From Kiritimatiellia bacterium (GTDB taxonomy: Bacteria > Verrucomicrobiota > Kiritimatiellia > UBA8416 > JADHWI01), in NCBI GenBank assembly GCA_016783565.1, contig JADHWI010000012.1:1-53339 (forward strand): a stretch of DNA of 53,339 bases. The letters run 5' to 3'. Below, piece after piece: positions 48,859 to 53,339 of this stretch. Below the pieces are notes generated by a model, which worked only from the letters and a program-made list of their open reading frames with translations, searched no databases and was not told the origin of the DNA. Every line of letters begins with the position of its first letter. The first letter of the stretch is position 1. A program made the translations under genes and the position numbers.

Positions 48859-49425
48859 ATGAATTATTATTATCTGGCCGCGAGCCTACCGGCAGTTTCC
48901 ATGGACAGCGCGCCTTCGATGAACATCGAGGCGTTTGAATCAACGTGCCGTGATCACTTGCTGACACGTGACATGGATGCACTCCAAGCCCTGTTGCGAA
49001 ACGAACCATCGTCGCATCCCTTTCTGAAAATGTGGCGCCAGGGCGAAACCCAACTGCGTAATGCCGTGGCCACGACTCGCGCACGACGGAGCAATAGCGA
49101 AGCCACGGGATTCATCCGTGACCATGAGGGATTTGAGCCCTCCGTAGAAAAGACGGTAGCCGATGCTTTCTCTGCAGCAACTCCGCTTGAGAGAGAGCGT
49201 ATGCTTGATCATTTTCGTTGGAATCGGGCCGATGAACTGGCAGGGACGAATGACTTCGCCACTGCTGCCGTGCTGGCCTATTGCATAAAGCTCATGCTGG
49301 CGGAACGGTGGTCCACATTTAGCGAAGAAACGGGCAACGAGACGCTGGATCATATGGTCACGTCCGAGCCCGACAGCAAAGAAACAGACGAATCATCCGG
49401 TACAGGCAATAGACAGGCAGCCTGA
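48859..49425 (+). CDS. Hypothetical protein inside the V-ATPase operon, between subunits E and A
   Basis: 188 aa with no motif I recognise. Its position mirrors the conserved hypothetical gene between atpE and atpA in Chlamydia-type V-ATPase operons. Confidence 0.4.
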   Translation: MNYYYLAASLPAVSMDSAPSMNIEAFESTCRDHLLTRDMDALQALLRNEPSSHPFLKMWRQGETQLRNAVATTRARRSNSEATGFIRDHEGFEPSVEKTVADAFSAATPLERERMLDHFRWNRADELAGTNDFATAAVLAYCIKLMLAERWSTFSEETGNETLDHMVTSEPDSKETDESSGTGNRQAA

Positions 49426-49500
49426 CAAAACCGGATTTGTGATGGGATAACAGAAAACAAGAAAGCATCTGCAGGCGAAAATCGCCCGGCAGACTAGCAT

Positions 49501-51249
49501 TTGAGGTCGAACATGGATTCATCGACGACTGGAAAGATTATCGGCGTCAACGGCAACATGCTCATAGTAGAATTTGAGAGCGCCGTGGCACAAAACGAAG
49601 TTGGATACGCCAAAATCGGAGATGTCGGTCTTATGGCCGAAGTAGTCCGAATTCGCGGTCGACTGGCGGACATGCAGGTCTATGAGGATACCACAGGGCT
49701 GCGCGTCGGTGCGGACGTGGAGTTCACAGGCGACATGCTTTCAGCCGAGCTTGGTCCCGGCCTGTTGACTCAGGTCTACGACGGCTTGCAGAACCCCCTA
49801 CCCCAGCTTGCGGAGCAATGCGGATTTTTCCTCCAGCGAGGCACCTACCTACCGGCAATCGATCGCGAAGCCAGGTGGGACTTCACGCCATCGGCCACTG
49901 AAGGCGACACCGTGACCGCTGGTGATGTGCTGGGAAGCGTACCGGAAGGAATCTTCGACCACACAATCATGGTCCCGTTTGCCATGAATGGAACCTATAC
50001 GGTCGAATCTATTGCCAATGCGGGCTCCTATATAGTGGAAGACGTGATTGCAACCGTCAAAGACTCACAAGGACGCAGTCATGACATACGAATGCTGCAG
50101 CGCTGGCCGGTCAAACTACCGGTTACGGCCTATGCCGAGCGCTTGCGCCCTACCACACCGCTGGTAACCAAAGGTCGAATCGTCGACACCTTCTTCCCGG
50201 TTGCCAAAGGTGGCACCTACTGTATTCCCGGCCCCTTCGGCGCAGGAAAGACCGTGTTACAGCAACTCACCAGCCGTAACGCGGACGTCGACATCGTCGT
50301 GGTCGCGGCTTGTGGCGAGCGAGCCGGCGAAGTGGTGGAAACGCTGCGCGAGTTTCCGGAACTCACCGATCCACGTACCGGGAAGAGTCTCATGGACCGG
50401 ACCGTCATCATCTGCAACACCAGTTCGATGCCCGTGGCCGCCCGTGAGGCGTCTGTGTACACCGCAGTCACGATCGCAAGCTACTATCGCCAGATGGGCC
50501 TCGACGTCCTGCTGCTGGCAGATTCCACGTCTCGCTGGGCTCAGGCCCTGCGCGAAACATCCGGCCGCCTGGAAGAGATTCCCGGAGAAGAGGCATTCCC
50601 AGCCTACCTGGAATCTGTCATCGCCGGCTTTTATGAACGCGGAGGCGTGGTCAAACTGAACAATGGAGAAACCGGATCTATCACCATCGGTGGCACCGTC
50701 AGCCCTGCGGGAGGCAACTTTGACGAGCCAGTCACCCAGGCCACACTAAAAGTGGTTGGCGCTTTTCATGGCCTGTCCCGAGCCAGATCGGATGCACGAC
50801 GCTACCCGGCAATCGACCCCCTGGACAGTTGGAGCAAATACGGCTCCATTGTGGATGAGGAGCAATTGACTCTGGCACGACGCATCCTGCGAGAAGGAAG
50901 CGATGTCGGACAGATGATGAAAGTGGTCGGCGAAGAAGGTACATCCGATTCAGACTTTATCCTTTACCTGAAATCAGAATATCTCGACTCCGTTTATCTG
51001 CAGCAGAATGCGTTTGACGCCGTGGATGGAGCCACATCAGATGAACGGCAACGCCACGTGTTTGAAGTGATCTCCGAAATTCTCAAAGCGTCAATGGGTT
51101 TCAAAGACAAAGACAGTGCGCGGCGATTTTTCCATGAAATCACGCAGACCACCAAGGATTGGAACCGGGTGGATATGGACGAAAAGGAATTCACAACCAT
51201 CCAAACCAAGCTGGAATCGATGGTGTCGGAGGTGACCAAAAATGCATAA
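49501..51249 (+). CDS. atpA: V-type ATP synthase catalytic subunit A
   Basis: Walker [11 protein letters not shown]-type non-homologous insert region. Full-length subunit A similarity (582 aa). Confidence 0.95.
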   Translation: MRSNMDSSTTGKIIGVNGNMLIVEFESAVAQNEVGYAKIGDVGLMAEVVRIRGRLADMQVYEDTTGLRVGADVEFTGDMLSAELGPGLLTQVYDGLQNPLPQLAEQCGFFLQRGTYLPAIDREARWDFTPSATEGDTVTAGDVLGSVPEGIFDHTIMVPFAMNGTYTVESIANAGSYIVEDVIATVKDSQGRSHDIRMLQRWPVKLPVTAYAERLRPTTPLVTKGRIVDTFFPVAKGGTYCIPGPFGAGKTVLQQLTSRNADVDIVVVAACGERAGEVVETLREFPELTDPRTGKSLMDRTVIICNTSSMPVAAREASVYTAVTIASYYRQMGLDVLLLADSTSRWAQALRETSGRLEEIPGEEAFPAYLESVIAGFYERGGVVKLNNGETGSITIGGTVSPAGGNFDEPVTQATLKVVGAFHGLSRARSDARRYPAIDPLDSWSKYGSIVDEEQLTLARRILREGSDVGQMMKVVGEEGTSDSDFILYLKSEYLDSVYLQQNAFDAVDGATSDERQRHVFEVISEILKASMGFKDKDSARRFFHEITQTTKDWNRVDMDEKEFTTIQTKLESMVSEVTKNA

Positions 51250-52597
51250 GACGTATCACCGTGTCGAACGGATTGCAGGAAGCGTAATTACCATCCGCGC
51301 GAAGGATGTAAAATATCGCGAGCTGGCCGAAGTGACATCCCGCTACGGGTCATCTCTGGCGCAGGCTATTCGTCTCGATGAGGACGAGGTATCCTTGCAG
51401 GTGTTTGCAGGCGCACGTGGCGTGGCTACCGACGCAAAAGTTCGTTTTCTCGGCGAAACCATGCGCGTTCCATTCAGTGACGCATTGCTTGGGCGCGTGT
51501 TTACAGGAGGCGCACAACCACGCGATAACGGACCGGCACTGGATGAGAATCCCGTCGAAATCGGCGGCCCATCCGTTAATCCGGCCAAACGTATTATTCC
51601 GCGCAACATGGTGCGAACCGGCATCCCGATGATTGATATTTTCAACACGCTGGTCGAATCCCAGAAGCTGCCCGTTTTTGCACGTGCCGGCGAACCCTAC
51701 AATCCGCTGCTGGCACGCATTGCCCTGCAGGCCGAGGTCGATGTCATCGTTCTGGGAGGCATGGGGCTGAAGCATGATGACTACCTGATCTTTCGCGATA
51801 CACTGGAAGAGAGCGGTGCCCTGTCGCGAACCGTGATGTTCGTACATACGGCGGCGGACCCGGTTGTGGAATGTCTTCTTGTTCCGGACATCAGCCTGGC
51901 CGTGGCAGAGCAATTTGCCATTGCAGGAAAACGAGTCCTCGTACTGCTCACCGACATGACCAACTTTGCGGATGCAATGAAAGAAATCGCGATCACCATG
52001 GAACAAATTCCTTCGAACCGTGGTTATCCCGGTGACTTGTACAGTCAGCTCGCAGCACGTTACGAGAAGGCAGTCGACTTTGATACCGCCGGCTCCATCA
52101 CGATCCTGGCGGCGACCACCATGCCGGGCGACGATGTCACCCACCCTGTTCCGGACAACACCGGCTACATTACCGAGGGACAGTTTTACCTGCGTGATGG
52201 ACGCATTGAACCCTTCGGCTCACTCAGCCGCTTGAAACAGCAAGTTAATGGCAAGACGCGCGACGACCATCGCGCCATCATGGATATCATGGTCCAGCTC
52301 TATTCCGGGTACCGGGAGAGTCTGGAGAAACAGTCCATGGGCTTCCGGATGAGCGAGTGGGACAACAAACTGCTGAAATATGGCGAACGATTCGAAAAGG
52401 AAATGATGGACCTGTCTGTCAATATCCCGCTTGAGGGTGCACTGGATCTTGGTTGGGAAATTTTGGCGGATTGTTTCGAACCGGTGGAAACCGGCATCAA
52501 GAGCACACTCATCGACAAGTACTGGCCAGGGAACAAAGACGAAACCGAGGCGGATACGGTAACAGAACCGGAGACAGAGGAAGCCGTCCCCGCGTAG
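51242..52597 (+). CDS. atpB: V-type ATP synthase subunit B
   Basis: 451 aa. Subunit B signature regions ([25 protein letters not shown]). Start overlaps the atpA stop by 8 nt. Confidence 0.95.
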   Translation: MHKTYHRVERIAGSVITIRAKDVKYRELAEVTSRYGSSLAQAIRLDEDEVSLQVFAGARGVATDAKVRFLGETMRVPFSDALLGRVFTGGAQPRDNGPALDENPVEIGGPSVNPAKRIIPRNMVRTGIPMIDIFNTLVESQKLPVFARAGEPYNPLLARIALQAEVDVIVLGGMGLKHDDYLIFRDTLEESGALSRTVMFVHTAADPVVECLLVPDISLAVAEQFAIAGKRVLVLLTDMTNFADAMKEIAITMEQIPSNRGYPGDLYSQLAARYEKAVDFDTAGSITILAATTMPGDDVTHPVPDNTGYITEGQFYLRDGRIEPFGSLSRLKQQVNGKTRDDHRAIMDIMVQLYSGYRESLEKQSMGFRMSEWDNKLLKYGERFEKEMMDLSVNIPLEGALDLGWEILADCFEPVETGIKSTLIDKYWPGNKDETEADTVTEPETEEAVPA

Positions 52598-52620
52598 GGC
52601 ACTCATCGGCGTGTTGACGT

Positions 52621-53208
52621 ATGGCAAAGATCAAACATACCAAAACGGAACTCAAGGCGCAGCGGGAAGCATTATCCCGTTTCGAGCGCTTTCTGCCGAT
52701 GCTGCAGCTCAAGAAGCAGCAGCTTCAGGCTGAGATCCAGGTCATTGAGCAGCGTATGAGCGAAAAATTGCGCGAACGCGAACAGCTGCGCGGTGATGTT
52801 GCCCGTTGGGTCAGCGTATTCGCGGAACCGGTGGGTGTGGAAGACATGCTGAACGTGTCGGACATTATTACCGACGAAGGAAACATTGCCGGAGTACGAA
52901 TACCCATTCTACAGGACATCAAGACACAGCGTGCTGATGTGGACCTCTTTGAGACTCCACCGTGGATTGATGATGCCATGGATACCACGGAAAAACTCAT
53001 TCGGCTTCGCGTGGAGCACGAGATTCTGGATGAGCAAAAACGCCTTGTCAGTGAAGAACTGCGAACCACCTCCCAGCGCGTCAATTTGTTTGAAAAGGTC
53101 AAAATTCCCGAGTGCCGGGAAAACATTCGCGTGATCAAGATTTTCCTGGGAGACGAACAGACCGCCGCAGTGGTGCGAGGAAAGATTGCCAAACGCCGCT
53201 CAGAGTAA
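52621..53208 (+). CDS. atpD: V-type ATP synthase subunit D
   Basis: 195 aa coiled-coil protein. N-terminus MAKIKHTKTELKAQREAL is typical of subunit D. Confidence 0.85.
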   Translation: MAKIKHTKTELKAQREALSRFERFLPMLQLKKQQLQAEIQVIEQRMSEKLREREQLRGDVARWVSVFAEPVGVEDMLNVSDIITDEGNIAGVRIPILQDIKTQRADVDLFETPPWIDDAMDTTEKLIRLRVEHEILDEQKRLVSEELRTTSQRVNLFEKVKIPECRENIRVIKIFLGDEQTAAVVRGKIAKRRSE

Positions 53209-53214
53209 CGCATT

Positions 53215-53339
53215 ATGATTGTAGAAATGAAAAAAGTAACACTGCTCTGCATGGAGCAGGACCGTGACCGCACGCTGCAGGCGCTGCGCAAACTGGGACT
53301 GCTGCATGTCACCCCAGTGCAGGAACCCGGCGGGGACGA
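53215..53339 (+). CDS. atpI: V-type ATP synthase subunit I (N-terminal fragment, truncated by the window edge)
   Basis: MIVEMKKVTLLCMEQDRDRTLQALRKLGLLHV resembles NtpI/AtpI N-termini (M..KM.KVTL.). Position after atpD matches the E-A-B-D-I order. Confidence 0.5.
   Translation, partial: MIVEMKKVTLLCMEQDRDRTLQALRKLGLLHVTPVQEPGGD

Noticed and set aside
1-53339. CRISPR arrays, rRNA/tRNA genes, transposases, prophage structural genes
   Set aside because: I saw no periodic direct repeats of 25-40 bp. No tRNA T-arm or acceptor consensus occurs outside coding regions. No transposase or DDE, or capsid or terminase-like ORFs appear among the translated frames.

Overview
This window is about 57% GC and gene-dense, and reads as chromosomal sequence from an anaerobic bacterium. 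The main evidence for that is pyruvate:ferredoxin oxidoreductase, a V-type ATPase operon in E-hyp-A-B-D-I order, a tandem-domain ThyX, a cofactor-independent phosphoglycerate mutase and class II FBA. I would guess a PVC-like lineage, but that is inference only. Housekeeping genes I can recognise: nadB, gpmI, an Amidase_2 murein amidase, a Gpt/HPRT-like PRTase, aroC, bcp, a dprA-topA-xerC-kdtA co-directional block, hisI plus an M3 oligopeptidase, galE, a LeuB-family dehydrogenase and fba. Accessory-looking content: (1) a cell-envelope glycan block (FGE/SUMF1-domain secreted protein, a large polytopic membrane protein, a Wzy_C O-antigen-ligase-like protein with TPR repeats, two coupled small membrane ORFs, kdtA); (2) a lower-GC module made of a CII-like HTH gene behind a 220-bp AT-rich spacer, then a translationally coupled NfeD-flotillin pair, a TerB-N plus Cys-rich protein and a secreted S8 subtilase; (3) a secreted VWA protein upstream of an orphan sensor histidine kinase whose 3' end overlaps a small Cys-rich ORF; (4) a signal-peptidase-I homolog in which both catalytic residues appear substituted; (5) a tandem ThyX with complementary motif loss between its halves, next to a MetF-like gene and a PocR/AraC regulator. 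I found no rRNA, tRNA, CRISPR array, transposase or obvious prophage. Several hairpins and a pair of palindromic operator-like sites are noted. All coordinates and alignments were worked out by eye, so start codons may be off by a few codons.
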